DNA of 64,000 nt from Naegleria gruberi (lineage: Eukaryota). Of the stretch, positions 1-10,997 are shown in pieces (position 1 is the first letter of the stretch; each line of letters begins with the position of its first letter). Location: assembly GCA_000004985.1 (NCBI GenBank), contig GG738916.1; one strand, 5' to 3'. The translations under genes and the position numbers were made by a program. The notes under the pieces are model-generated. The model worked only from the letters and a program-made list of their open reading frames with translations. It ran no database searches and was not told the DNA's origin.

Positions 1-2135
1 GAGCTAGTTGCTTACAAAACTCATGAGAGAATCTGCAACACTGATAAATGAGCTTCAGAGTGGAAACCACAGCAGGGAGATCTGTTGATTTTAGCAAGCG
101 AGCAAGAGGAGCCATGTTGTTGTTCCTTGTCAGAAGTCTTGCAATCATGGCTCTAACAGTATTATCTTGATTGCATTCCAATACTTCCGTGACTGGGTAC
201 TTGTCAGAGTGGAAAATGCATGGAAAAGGGAATATATCTCCTTCACTAGGGTGAACCAACTCTGCCAGGGCCATAATCGTTGCGTTGGACAGGGCAACTG
301 TGTACTTTTCTTCAGTTTTAGTGCTACTTGTATCAAGACCTGACAACAAAATCGCAAACGACTTTTCATTCATGGTTTGATAAACAGAACTTGATTGGAA
401 AGGCATTATACATGACTTGATAGCAATTTCTTGTAAACATTTCATGGTATTTAACTGTACACTTAGCGTATTGTCCAACTTATATTCCATAAGATTGTTA
501 ACAATTGAGAAAAAATCTTTGAGTGTTTGAGCCATATTTTCAATTCCAAATTGAAGGGCATAGCTCAGTGAAATTAAAGCATCCGTTATTATAGTTCTAG
601 CATCAAAGGTAGCACCTGAGAATTCCTTTAAAAAACCAAATAAATTGGCAACAAGGTTAGCATCAATCAAATTATCGGTATCAGTATCTTTACATTTCTC
701 CAAGCATTTAGAGAGAATCTTTAGTGAGGTCTGTACAGTTTTAGTCGCTTTGGTCTTGTAATCATTTTGATTTACCAAAATAAATGATGACAATTTATCT
801 AAATAAAATACATTCTTGAGGACTTTGGTTGGTCCGTTTTCTTCCTTAGACATTACTGATTCAATTTCAGATAAAGGAACTATTTACATATTTAGTTTCA
901 TTACAAATCATTAATTACTTACTTTCCCTAGTGTGTTCTATTACTTTCTTTACATGATGCCCAGATTTAGCTATTACTTCTCCAGCTCTTAATCTTCTCT
1001 GGTTATAGACTATTTTATCAAAATCATGTATTCTCTTTCTTATTAAACTACTCTTCGATTCTCTTTCTCGTTGGTCTCTAAAAAGGTGATTAAAAAAGTT
1101 GTAAAATGAAAAGCTCACTTACCTCTCCTCTCTTGTTTCTTGAAGAAATGGGTGGTCCAATAATCTTGGCCAATCAAGTCTTTGGCTTGGTGACTTTGTT
1201 AATAGACCTTTAAGAAAACTTCTCAATGTTGGACTTATGTATGGTGGATATTTTACAGTGTCTTTTACAATTAACTGAATTAATGAAAAGAAATTGTTTG
1301 TATAAAATGGTGGTTTTCCAACCACCAACTCGAACAATATAATTCCTAACGACCACAGGTCAACTGTATGATTATAGGGATGCTCTTGGACAAGCTCTGG
1401 AGCCATATACAGAGGAGTACCTTTAATAGATGTCAACATCATGGTATTGTTTGACATTACTCTAGCAAATCCAAAATCGCAAAGCTTTACAGTACCATCA
1501 GCTCCAATTAGAATATTTTGTGGTTTCATGTCTATTAAAATGCTTCCCATACAGAATGATTACGAGTACTTACCTCTGTGAATAATTCTATTCGAATGAA
1601 TGTAATATAAGGCACTCACAAGCTGTCTTGCAATTTTGACTACTATTTCCTCAGGCAATCTTTCGTCATCTTCCAAAATTTCGTACAATTCTCCCTGTGC
1701 ATACTCCATCACAACACAAAATTCCTCGTTCGTTTCAAAAGAATCAAGAAGCAATACTATATTTTCATGATCCAACTTTCTTAGAATATTAATTTCCTGT
1801 CTCAATGTATTTAATTCCTTCTCATTCTTTCCCTTCTTTGGAATAAACTTTAAAGCCACAGTTTGGCTTGTTTGTTTTCTCCTTCCCTTGAACACTCTAC
1901 CAAAAGATCCCTCTCCAATTAAATCCAAAACATGATAATCATCAATGGAACTTCCCTTCTGAGCAACCATTGTTCTCGGTGTAATTGCACTCGTTTCATT
2001 ACTATTCGCATTAACTACCAATAATTGTTGTCGTTGTTGTTGAGGTGAGGGTGATAAAGGTCTTGCCTGTTGTTGTTGTTGATTGTTCATCCCCGCAACA
2101 GCAAGTGAGGGTTTTGCTGATGAGGGTCTTTGCAT
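1..2135 (-). CDS. tsuA: Fused-family Ser/Thr protein kinase (STK36/Fused ortholog, Dictyostelium tsunami-like). N-terminal kinase domain plus start of the long C-terminal region; the 3' part runs off the window start.
   Basis: Exons on the minus strand, derived by hand: 2135..1574, 1531..1123, 1077..923, 880..1. Introns 1573..1532, 1122..1078 and 922..881 all have GTAAGT donors and AT-rich ...AG acceptors. The HRD motif is re-formed across intron 1 (IIHR|DMKPQNILI). DFG (KLCDFGFAR), APE and the C-lobe segment [55 protein letters not shown] match Fused/STK36 closely. Exon 880..1 is an uninterrupted ORF (…[24 protein letters not shown]…) absent from the ORF track because it has no stop inside the window. 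A-rich context before the ATG at 2135. Confidence 0.8.
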
Positions 2136-2913
2136 TTATTTTTTTTTTAAAGCCTTTGATGGCCATCATTGTGTTTGCGCGCTGTTTATTCTTTTTCTCT
2201 CAAAAGATTCGACTACGGTATTGCTGTATTAATGCACCAAACTTGACTACTCGACATGAATCAAAATTGCTCAAGAAAAATTTATTAAGGATTATTTGGG
2301 CTTGCAGGATGAATATTTTGCCACGTCTGGAGATTGGCTTCGCACATGATTTTAAGCAATTTGGCAAAACAACTTTTTTGTGTTTTAAAGTGCTTTATTT
2401 TGAAACAACACAAGAAATCAAACAACAATCTTTTGATAATTAGCTGAACCATTGAGCCAACTTTGAAATCTTGTCAAATAACATCAAGTCTTTTTTCAAT
2501 AATTGCCAAATCCTTAAAATTTTCATCTCACGATCTGGCATTTTATTGTCTTGATGATATCTCGGAATTGTCATTCAAGATCAATTAATAGTAACCCACC
2601 ATGAAATTGTAAACATGAGAGCACTTATCTAACACTAGTAGGAGTATAGTTGTTTCTTATCTAATTTATGCTCCTCAAATTGTTGATTTGGGCCAACAAA
2701 CAAGATTTTGCCGAAACTGAAATTTCTAACATTTTGAAATTAAACTCCATTCAACAAGATTAGAATTCAATGCATGGCTATCTAACAAAATAATTGACAA
2801 TTCTGATTTTTGAATTGGTCATTTATCCAAATTCTTCACATTTTAAAAACTAAACATTATTGTAAACCCTGCAACTAAAACAAAAAATCAAGTTTCTCAA
2901 TCACAAAAAAAAA

Positions 2914-4179
2914 ATGCAACCAAACAGAAACGAACCACAGCCCATTCCTCCCTTCTCTGAAAGTTATTCCTATGATTTAGGACCTTTACCACAATACCAA
3001 CTAGAACCAACTCTTTCCGATTTTAATAATAACCAAAACATCACCAATGACAATTCCACCAATTCCACAAACAGTACTAGAACCAAAAAAACGAGACAAT
3101 TTCGTCGTGATCGTGATACACAAATCAGTACTCCTCCGACCTCATCATCATCATCATCATTAAATAATATTAATAATAATAATAATTCTAGAAATTTAGA
3201 AAAAAACAATTCAAGTAGCAGTAATAATAATAATAATAACATGGTGAGTGTTGCTCCTGGTATTTCCATAATACCTGGTAATCAACATTTGATAAATAAT
3301 AATGCAAATTCACTTCCGGAGAGGATTGAAGGTGGAGCTACTAAATGTCCAATCTGCACACGAAATAAACAATCGTGTGAAGAAGCTAAATCCCTGATGG
3401 GTAAGCTAGGAGTTAGTAATCCATTCCTCAAGGCACAGAATGATGCATTCAATAAAAAGGTTACGAGACATAAGGGGAAAATCAAAATGAAGGAATTCAA
3501 TGCATCAATTAGAGAGGAATTTAAACAATTATTGGGGAAAATTGAGGGGAAAATATTTAGAAATGAAGAGGAATATTCAACATTTCTAAAGAGGGAATAT
3601 TATGATCATTTGAATGAATACTTAAAAGAGACAGTAAATAGTAATGAGGATGATGAAGAGTATCATAGCAATGAGGATGATGAAGAAGATGTCTCAGAAA
3701 TTAGTACTGAGGAAGATGAGGGCAGTGATACTGAAACATCAGATGAAGATGAAGAATACCCAAAGAAGAGAAAGAGTAAAGCATCGACACCAAGCTCTAA
3801 AAAGAGTAAAGCTGACAAGTCAACAGCCAAAGCAAGCAGTTCAACCACTAACGTTGCTTCCTCTTCATCCTTTGCATCTGTTGCTCCATTAGGTGAAGCA
3901 AAAGTTGAGCTTGTTGCCTATCAAGAAAAGTACAAGGATCTTAACATTTACATGTTATGCATTCTTAATCTTTCAGATTTTGATAATTTTGACAAATTCA
4001 AATCAGCAATCAAAAAGGAATTGCTAATTACACATGACAATTTCAAAATTTACTTTAAATTTGGAATACTTGGGAAGAGTTTCATTATTACAAATTCCAA
4101 AATACTTGAAAATCTTAAACAACAAGTAATTGCTTGTCCATCAACCTCACGTGAAATTATCGAAATAAGAGGAATGTAA
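2914..4179 (+). CDS. Hypothetical low-complexity protein (Asn/Ser-rich N-terminus, acidic Asp/Glu/Ser-rich middle, Lys-rich stretch). Possibly the N-terminal part of the following F-box/LRR gene.
   Basis: 421-codon ORF with an A-rich Kozak-like context (aaaaaaaaATG). (AAT)n and acidic codon runs are typical of dictyostelid coding sequence. The stop TAA at 4177..4179 is in the same frame as the 4195..6612 ORF (see findings). Confidence 0.55.
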   Translation: MQPNRNEPQPIPPFSESYSYDLGPLPQYQLEPTLSDFNNNQNITNDNSTNSTNSTRTKKTRQFRRDRDTQISTPPTSSSSSSLNNINNNNNSRNLEKNNSSSSNNNNNNMVSVAPGISIIPGNQHLINNNANSLPERIEGGATKCPICTRNKQSCEEAKSLMGKLGVSNPFLKAQNDAFNKKVTRHKGKIKMKEFNASIREEFKQLLGKIEGKIFRNEEEYSTFLKREYYDHLNEYLKETVNSNEDDEEYHSNEDDEEDVSEISTEEDEGSDTETSDEDEEYPKKRKSKASTPSSKKSKADKSTAKASSSTTNVASSSSFASVAPLGEAKVELVAYQEKYKDLNIYMLCILNLSDFDNFDKFKSAIKKELLITHDNFKIYFKFGILGKSFIITNSKILENLKQQVIACPSTSREIIEIRGM

Positions 4180-4194
4180 AATACAGTTCAACGA

Positions 4195-6612
4195 ATGTCA
4201 CTTGTTATGTTCAAAGTTCAACCTGTCTGTCAAAATCAAAAAACATCAAAAAAAATGTTTTGCTTTCTCTTGCCCAATCGGAATAGTAGAAATAACAACA
4301 ATACCATCACTTCCATCTCTACCACTTCAAATGTAAATGACCACCTTTCGTCCGAATTATTGTCAATTATACTTTCGTATTTTTCATTCGAAGAGAAAAT
4401 TAGTGTGATGAGATTTGTTTCTAAAACTTGGTTTACTTTCTGTTGGATTAGTACTGATTCCATCAATATTGATGCTAAATGGAGTGAACAATATGTAAAA
4501 TATATTGTAAACAAAGTTATTCAAAAACAAACTCTTCCATATTTGGAAGAATTGACTGTTTCTTCAGAACATGCTCTTACAAATGATTTTCTAGTGGGTG
4601 ATTTCCTAACAAAATCAAGAAAATTGCAAAGACTCTTCTTGAAACAACCCATCAATTCATCTCAATTATTTAATGTCACCAATCATTTGAATAATTTGAC
4701 AAACATTTATTTGAATATTCATAATGTTAAGAATGAAACTCTCATTTCAACATTTAAAGATTTGGATTTTAATGATTTGAGACCAAAGACTGTAATATTG
4801 CCAAAACTCAAGTCGTTAACTTTACAAAATGCACATTTGGATGCTGAACATTCAGCATCGATCCTATTTCTCTTCCTTTTTAAGAATATTTTAGTGAACT
4901 TTTCTAATCATTTGCAATCCAGAACTGATCTTCCATCTACCATTGATTGTAATTTGTTGGAAGAAGTTGAATTAATCAAGTGTGATGGAATTGATGAGAT
5001 TTTTGAAAAATTGGAAAAGATTACAAAAGAATATTGTGAAAAGGAATTAAAGATTTATGGATCTACTGTTGAAAAATCATTCAGAAATTGCATTCCCCTC
5101 AATTCATTGACATTCAAGTTTTGTTCTGATGTTGGAGACAAGGCATGTGTTTCTAGTTCCAAATTATTTAAGAATCTCAACAAGTTGTGGTTTGATAAGA
5201 ATAAGAAACCAACAGAGTTGACCTTTGGTGTTGCTCCACAAAGTGGTTTTACAGGTATTTTGCACGAGAACAATGGATTGGTGTCTGTCTTGTATCAATT
5301 CAGAGATTCTTTGCGGAGTTTAAAGCTGTCAGAGTTTCTTTTCCATACATCAACCACTCCAGAGGATACACCTTACAATTTTACAAAAGTATTGAGTTTA
5401 TTGACGAATTTGAAAGATATTCAACTTGATTTAGGAAGCACCAATACATCAGTCTCGACTCAATCTGTATTTTTAGCTCAGAACATGTTTGAAATTTCGA
5501 ACAGTGTTGAAAGAATAGTTCTCAATGAATGTGGTGATATATTGACACAAGAATTTTGGGATGTCATGACTGGAAACAATGTTAAAGACGAGACTACCAT
5601 TTTTTATCCTAATCTACACACACTCACTGTTCACAGTGGCAAAATGTATAACATTACCTCTAGTTTAATTAGAGAAAATGCATTCCCTAAATTGGAAAAT
5701 GTTACCTTTGACTATTGTTGCAGAATTGAGAGTTTGTACAAGGATGCAAAAGAATCCTCAACTTCAACCTTCGAACAGAATGAAGAAGTCATCACCACCA
5801 ACAAGAAACAATTTAAAAACATTACATTCGATAGATGTATCAGATTGAAACAAGGAATGAATCAATTTATTTCCATGTGCAATCCAAAACTGATTGATAC
5901 GTTTGACTTTTTGCAAATGAAAGAATGCACACGTTATGATTGGTTAGGTAAATTGACCAGTGTGAAGCATGTCAACTTGACCAGCAATATTAATCTCAAG
6001 GATGATGATTTGAAGTATTTGGCAAATTGTGAACAACTTGTCTCACTTTCTCTAGCTCACAACAAGACTCTGAATGGTTCTGGACTCAAATACCTGGCCG
6101 ATTCTACAAGAATTTGTGAAACTTTGCAGTTCCTTAATGTAGATTGGTGTTCCAAATTTGAAGATCAAGCTCTAGAGCATATTTCAAAGTTTACCAATCT
6201 AAGACAATTACACATTTTACATGTAAAGATATTGTCTCGCTTTGATTTATTGAAGAGCTTAACCAAGTTGGAAACTCTGTTGCTTGTTCGTTGTTTCAAC
6301 TTGTCTGACGAGAGTATTATTCCAGTCATTGAAAATTGTAAAGATCTGAAGGTGTTATCACTTCATGGAGGGCATCACGGTTACAATGAAGCCATGTCCA
6401 ATAAGATTTTGAAAGCAATTTCTCAAAATTTACACAATATCAGACATTTGACTGTTAATTTTGCTCCAATCACCAACGATGGCGTTAAATTGCTTGCCAA
6501 ACTTCATTACTTGGAATATTTGGATGTAATGAGAAGTAAGGCATCCGATAAGATTTTAAAATACTTCCCAAACACTTCAGTTGTTCTTGATATCAAACAA
6601 ATATCCCAATAA
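4195..6612 (+). CDS. F-box/LRR-repeat protein (FBXL-like; cysteine-containing LRR subtype).
   Basis: 805-aa ORF. It has an F-box-like segment (LLSIILSYFSFEEKISVMRFVSKTWF). C-terminal repeats with the LRR_cc signature (LKYLANCEQLVSLSLAHNKTLNGSGLKYLADS…LQFLNVDWCSKFEDQALEHISKFTNLRQLHI…). Confidence 0.75.
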   Translation: MSLVMFKVQPVCQNQKTSKKMFCFLLPNRNSRNNNNTITSISTTSNVNDHLSSELLSIILSYFSFEEKISVMRFVSKTWFTFCWISTDSINIDAKWSEQYVKYIVNKVIQKQTLPYLEELTVSSEHALTNDFLVGDFLTKSRKLQRLFLKQPINSSQLFNVTNHLNNLTNIYLNIHNVKNETLISTFKDLDFNDLRPKTVILPKLKSLTLQNAHLDAEHSASILFLFLFKNILVNFSNHLQSRTDLPSTIDCNLLEEVELIKCDGIDEIFEKLEKITKEYCEKELKIYGSTVEKSFRNCIPLNSLTFKFCSDVGDKACVSSSKLFKNLNKLWFDKNKKPTELTFGVAPQSGFTGILHENNGLVSVLYQFRDSLRSLKLSEFLFHTSTTPEDTPYNFTKVLSLLTNLKDIQLDLGSTNTSVSTQSVFLAQNMFEISNSVERIVLNECGDILTQEFWDVMTGNNVKDETTIFYPNLHTLTVHSGKMYNITSSLIRENAFPKLENVTFDYCCRIESLYKDAKESSTSTFEQNEEVITTNKKQFKNITFDRCIRLKQGMNQFISMCNPKLIDTFDFLQMKECTRYDWLGKLTSVKHVNLTSNINLKDDDLKYLANCEQLVSLSLAHNKTLNGSGLKYLADSTRICETLQFLNVDWCSKFEDQALEHISKFTNLRQLHILHVKILSRFDLLKSLTKLETLLLVRCFNLSDESIIPVIENCKDLKVLSLHGGHHGYNEAMSNKILKAISQNLHNIRHLTVNFAPITNDGVKLLAKLHYLEYLDVMRSKASDKILKYFPNTSVVLDIKQISQ

Positions 6613-6627
6613 TTGTACCATAAATAA

Positions 6628-8355
6628 CTATCTATTTCTATAACTGGTCATGCTTGGATTGTATGCTCTATTATTCATATTAGGATTCTGTTGATTGTTA
6701 GTGATAGGTAACAGATTAGCCCTCACACCCATATAATACGAAAGCAAGAGTTCAACAAGGTAAACCAAAACAGTCCTTATTGGAAGATTCATCAAAAACA
6801 CTCTCAACTTGTCAGTTAATCCACTTTCCTTTCTGTAGAATGGATTAAGAAGTGAGTCAGTCTTTGGTGGTGAATCGATCTTGTTATTTAAGGAAATACA
6901 ATGACTTTCCAAATCTTTGAGTTTTTGTTCGTACTCTTCAATAAGTTTCTCCAGGTTATTCTTCTTTGTCTTTCTTGTTTCGGTTTCTTCAAGTCCATTA
7001 GTTGCTGTGGTTAAATTTCTTTCCTTCTTTTTCCTTTTTTTCCTTTCAACTTTTTCTACAGGTTTAACAATAGTTGGTTGACCAACAATTTCCTTTACAG
7101 CACTTCCTAAATCTTCCAGAGCTGGCTTGAACAAACTCAGCAATTCTCTATTGAGAGTTGAGATGGAAACAGCCAAGTGTTCAATTTCATCAATCAGTGT
7201 TTTTACCTGTTCAGTTGATTCCGCTTTCAATAAAGCAAAACAATTATATTTGAACATCCAAGTTGCTACTGCATCCTCTGTATTCATCAATTCCTTGAAA
7301 GTTTTCTTTGATTTTTCAATAAGCACTGCCAATGATTCGTTAATTTTCTTCTTTTTCTTTGATTTTGCATTTGTTTGCACTGAAAGAGCCAAACTTGTCA
7401 AAATATTTGCTAAATTCAATTTCAATTCCTCTATAAATTGTTGAAATTCTTTTGCCCTCTCAATCTTTTCTACAGAAACAAAATTCCTTACATGAAATGA
7501 ATTTTTCAAATAATCTGAATCAACATGAGGATAATTCTCCAATGCTCTTTCTCTTTCAGTTCTTGAATTTGCCTTGGCCATTGTAAAGATATAATCCAAA
7601 CTTGAATCAATCAAATCATACAAATAATAGACAACAATTGATCTCAATCCTTCCTTAATCATTGAAGATAACCAATGAGGAGATGATATTGGATTTTTTC
7701 CTCCATTCAAATCCACACTTTCCAACATCATGAAAACATTTCCAATACTTTCTGATCTGAACTTTCTAAAAAACAAATAATATAGACACGAAACCACCAA
7801 ATGCACAACTCTAAACGATTTCCTTCCAAACATTGACAAATTCTCCAACTCTAACCTTCTCATCTGATTCGAAGTTTCAATAATTTCATCCAACATTTGT
7901 TTCTTCTCCCTCATACGAGCTGATTCCTTCCACAAATAATTCTCAAAATCCGAATCTGCCTCCAAATCCTGATAGAAACCCCTCCTCCCAACCTCTGTCT
8001 GCTCTAGGAATGTAAAAACATCTTGTCTTTGCTTGGTGGCAAGCCTCTCATATTGTTCCGAATCTAAAATTGCTTCTCTCCTCCTCAGCAAACGTTCCAA
8101 AACGTAGGATGAAAATACAATAATCGAATCATCAATTAATAAACTCCAGAAAAGTGATGTAAATCGATTCCGAATAAACGGATTAAACAATGATGATAAT
8201 TGAAAATTATTTAGAAAATTAAATTGTGATGATGATGAATTGTAATAATTGCTTCCGAATGAGTTGTTATTATTGAATCCATAGCTATTATTATTGCTAT
8301 TAAAATTATTAAATTGACTCGAATGATTATTCAAATAATCGAAAGAGTTTTCCAT
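6628..8355 (-). CDS. Hypothetical protein, Asn-rich N-terminus, predicted coiled-coil segments and a Lys-rich stretch.
   Basis: 575-aa uninterrupted ORF with a true ATG at 8355..8353. Dictyostelid-type low complexity (NNFNSNNNSYGFNNNN). No family recognised by eye. Confidence 0.55.
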   Translation of the reverse strand: MENSFDYLNNHSSQFNNFNSNNNSYGFNNNNSFGSNYYNSSSSQFNFLNNFQLSSLFNPFIRNRFTSLFWSLLIDDSIIVFSSYVLERLLRRREAILDSEQYERLATKQRQDVFTFLEQTEVGRRGFYQDLEADSDFENYLWKESARMREKKQMLDEIIETSNQMRRLELENLSMFGRKSFRVVHLVVSCLYYLFFRKFRSESIGNVFMMLESVDLNGGKNPISSPHWLSSMIKEGLRSIVVYYLYDLIDSSLDYIFTMAKANSRTERERALENYPHVDSDYLKNSFHVRNFVSVEKIERAKEFQQFIEELKLNLANILTSLALSVQTNAKSKKKKKINESLAVLIEKSKKTFKELMNTEDAVATWMFKYNCFALLKAESTEQVKTLIDEIEHLAVSISTLNRELLSLFKPALEDLGSAVKEIVGQPTIVKPVEKVERKKRKKKERNLTTATNGLEETETRKTKKNNLEKLIEEYEQKLKDLESHCISLNNKIDSPPKTDSLLNPFYRKESGLTDKLRVFLMNLPIRTVLVYLVELLLSYYMGVRANLLPITNNQQNPNMNNRAYNPSMTSYRNR

Positions 8356-8415
8356 AAATTCAAATTTTTATATTTTTTTTTAATGTTTTTTAAATTTTTA
8401 CAATTTTAATTATAT

Positions 8416-9423
8416 TCAATCTTTCAATAATAATTCCAAAATGGCCATTCTCATGTAGACACCATTATTCATTTGTCTAAAGTAGGCTGCTCTTTCGTCA
8501 GTGTCAATACTTTCGTCCAATTCGTCAACTCTTGGCAATGGATGCATAATGATTGGCAAGTGTTGATTTCTGGAATGTTGTAAATCGTCCTTCTTGAGAC
8601 AGAATGATGATTTGTAGCTCAAATATTGATCTTCATTTTCAAATCTTTCCTTTTGCAATCTGGTTGCATAAATTACATCCAATTCCTTCATAATTTCAGG
8701 TGTCAATTTTTCACATTCAACAATTTCATGAACATTTCCATAATTCTTGACACATTCCTCAATAACATAATCTGGCATTTTCAATCCAGATGGAGAAATC
8801 AAGTATAATTTAAGCGGTTGGGTATTATAATATTTGTATAATAATCTCAATAAGGAATGAACAGTTCTACCAAATTTCAAATCACCAAACATGCAAATTG
8901 TCTTTAAATTGAAATCAATTTGTTGAGAAACTCTCTTTTCTTCTTCAGTAATTGTAAACAAGTCCAATAAAGCTTGAGTTGGATGTTCACCATCACCATC
9001 TCCAGCATTAATCAATGGCTTTTCCAATTTTGGTAAAACTTCTTGATGAACTCCTCTCTTTGGATGTCTCATAACAGTTAAATCACCATATTGCTCCATA
9101 GTACGAAGAGTATCTTGCAAAGATTCTCCCTTAACACTACTACTACTTTGAATATCAAGAGTAATTGGTTTACCACCCAATTTCAATACAGCAGATTGGA
9201 ATGAGCATAAAGTTCTAGTCGATGGTTCAAAGAATAACAAGTTTACAATCTTATCGGAAAGGACAGTATTATATTGATGATATTGTTTAGTTTTGTGATA
9301 ATTTTTAAATTCACCAGCTCTCAATGACAACTGTTCAATAAGTGACTTGTCGACTTGTTTGATGGAAAGTAAACTCTTCAAATTATTTTCAACACCTGTA
9401 CCAGAAGATGATGGAGAACTCAT
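8416..9423 (-). CDS. Aspartate carbamoyltransferase (ATCase) catalytic-chain-like protein, stand-alone, eukaryotic CAD-type sequence.
   Basis: 335 aa. Motifs seen: STRT(L)CSF (carbamoyl-phosphate loop; compare CAD STRTSCSF), VMRHP, GDGDGEHPTQALLDLFTI, GDLKFGRTVHS, ATRLQKERF, IMHPLPRVDEL, AAYFRQMNNGVYMRMAILELLL. True ATG at 9423..9421. No upstream in-frame coding sequence is visible between 9424 and 9925. Confidence 0.8.
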   Translation of the reverse strand: MSSPSSSGTGVENNLKSLLSIKQVDKSLIEQLSLRAGEFKNYHKTKQYHQYNTVLSDKIVNLLFFEPSTRTLCSFQSAVLKLGGKPITLDIQSSSSVKGESLQDTLRTMEQYGDLTVMRHPKRGVHQEVLPKLEKPLINAGDGDGEHPTQALLDLFTITEEEKRVSQQIDFNLKTICMFGDLKFGRTVHSLLRLLYKYYNTQPLKLYLISPSGLKMPDYVIEECVKNYGNVHEIVECEKLTPEIMKELDVIYATRLQKERFENEDQYLSYKSSFCLKKDDLQHSRNQHLPIIMHPLPRVDELDESIDTDERAAYFRQMNNGVYMRMAILELLLKD

Positions 9424-9925
9424 TCCTTTTTTTTCAATTTAATTGTGCAGCAAGTGATTGGACCCAAATTATCCTTCATCATTGATTGAGGAGGTGAGGA
9501 CTTGGATATTGTTTTAAATCTCCAGGTGGGTACTTCTTGAAGAAAAGTTTCAAAAGAGTGTTATCTGAGCAGTTGAAGAAGTTTGAGATTTTCAATAATC
9601 AGCTCGCTTGAGGCCTATTAGAAAATAAATGTTCATGATTTAGTTGAATTAAAAATATTGGATATCAAGTTAAAATGAAAAGGTATTCAAGTCAAATGTT
9701 CACTCTCAACATGTCCACTTGGAAGGTTCAAAGAAAAAGAGGATTATAAATTAAGCAAAAAGTTTAGTAAACAAATGAATTATAATAATTATATACAACA
9801 ATTCGGTTGTATAGGATGATTGTTGACACTCTAAGATTTGATTGATAAGAGTGAGTGATCCGAATTAGCTATTATTGCACATTAGTAAATCTCAATCTCA
9901 AATACAATCCTATTTGACTATAAAT

Positions 9926-10997
9926 TTAATAATAATAACTCTTCTTGACAGCAGGCTTCAAAATCTGGAATGAGCACATCAAAGTCTCATCGACAGACAT
10001 CATTGCACCTGCATTATCGAATTCGTTACAGTAATTTGGAGCACTGAAAATCGTCACCAATTGCCTCTTGGCAAAGAATTTGTATCCTTCTTCTACGACT
10101 TGGTGAGCACGACAGACAAGATCCAAATCATGTTTTTTCAGGAATTTTTCTACAACATCATTACCAAATGTGAAAGAAACACCTCTATCATTTTCTCCCC
10201 ATCCTTGTATGCCTTCTTCTGGATCACTCCACAACAAATCACACAACAAGCCACTATCTGGAACATCACTACAAAAAGTTAATAATATTAAACAGAGGGA
10301 TTACTTACGTTGGACGCATAACCTTTCTAATTTGTTCCATATTGTGAAGTTCTGGCGATAAACCACCGTGCATACAGAAAATCTTTTCATCAATAATAGC
10401 AGCAACAGGCATGCAGTTGAAGCAATCAGTAAAGCTCTTCCATAATCTTATGGAGTATCTTCTTTTACATTCGTCATAAAAACCATAAATTCTGTTGATG
10501 GAAGCGCATTCTATTGTTGTTGTTGATATTAATAAACTAGTAATAACAACAATAATACATACCGTGATTACCTCTCAAAAGGAAGAAATTTTCTGGATAT
10601 TTAATTTTGTAGGCAAGCAAAAGGCAAATAGTTTCCAAGGATTGCTTTCCTCTGTCTACGTAATCTCCCAAAAAGAGATAATTTGCTTCTGGTGGGAAAC
10701 CTCCGTATTCGAACAATCTCAAAAGATCATAGTATTGTCCATGGACATCTCCACAAATTTTAATAGGTGCTTCGAGTTCCAGCAAAGCAGGCTGAGATAT
10801 GAAAATTTCCCTAGATTTTAATATTAATTGTTTAATTTCGTTTTCAGTTAGACTCACTAATAAAAAAGTTCGAACCATTTCTTTGATGATTTTGAATACA
10901 AACCTTGTTTTCCTGGTCGAGAACCTCTAACTTCCAACAATTTAAAGATGATGGCATCAATGTCGATATCAGCCGTTGGTGTTGTAGGTGTAGACAT
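9926..10997 (-). CDS. pppB: Serine/threonine protein phosphatase PP1 catalytic subunit (PPP family), 4 exons, 310 aa.
   Basis: Exons (minus): 10997..10904, 10856..10563, 10510..10309, 10268..9926. Introns 10903..10857 (GTTTGT…TAG), 10562..10511 (GTATGT…TAG) and 10308..10269 (GTAAGT…TAG). Total 933 nt, in frame. Translation matches PP1c almost residue-for-residue: [31 protein letters not shown]|[11 protein letters not shown]…[18 protein letters not shown]…[35 protein letters not shown]|[19 protein letters not shown]…MRPT|[16 protein letters not shown]…[32 protein letters not shown]. Symbol as used for D. discoideum PP1c; species identity unconfirmed. Confidence 0.85.

Noticed and set aside
2045-2443. 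ORF 2045..2443(+) overlapping the kinase 5' end
   Set aside because: It lies antisense to or upstream of the kinase exon in its A/T-rich promoter. It has a hydrophobic junk composition and begins inside the kinase CDS.
2970-3269. Antisense ORFs rich in Leu/Ser/Ser-Glu opposite the 2914..4179 gene (2970..3269-, 3663..3848-, 3644..3892+)
   Set aside because: They mirror (AAT)n / (GAT/GAA)n coding repeats of the sense gene. They have no start context and overlap a better-supported ORF.
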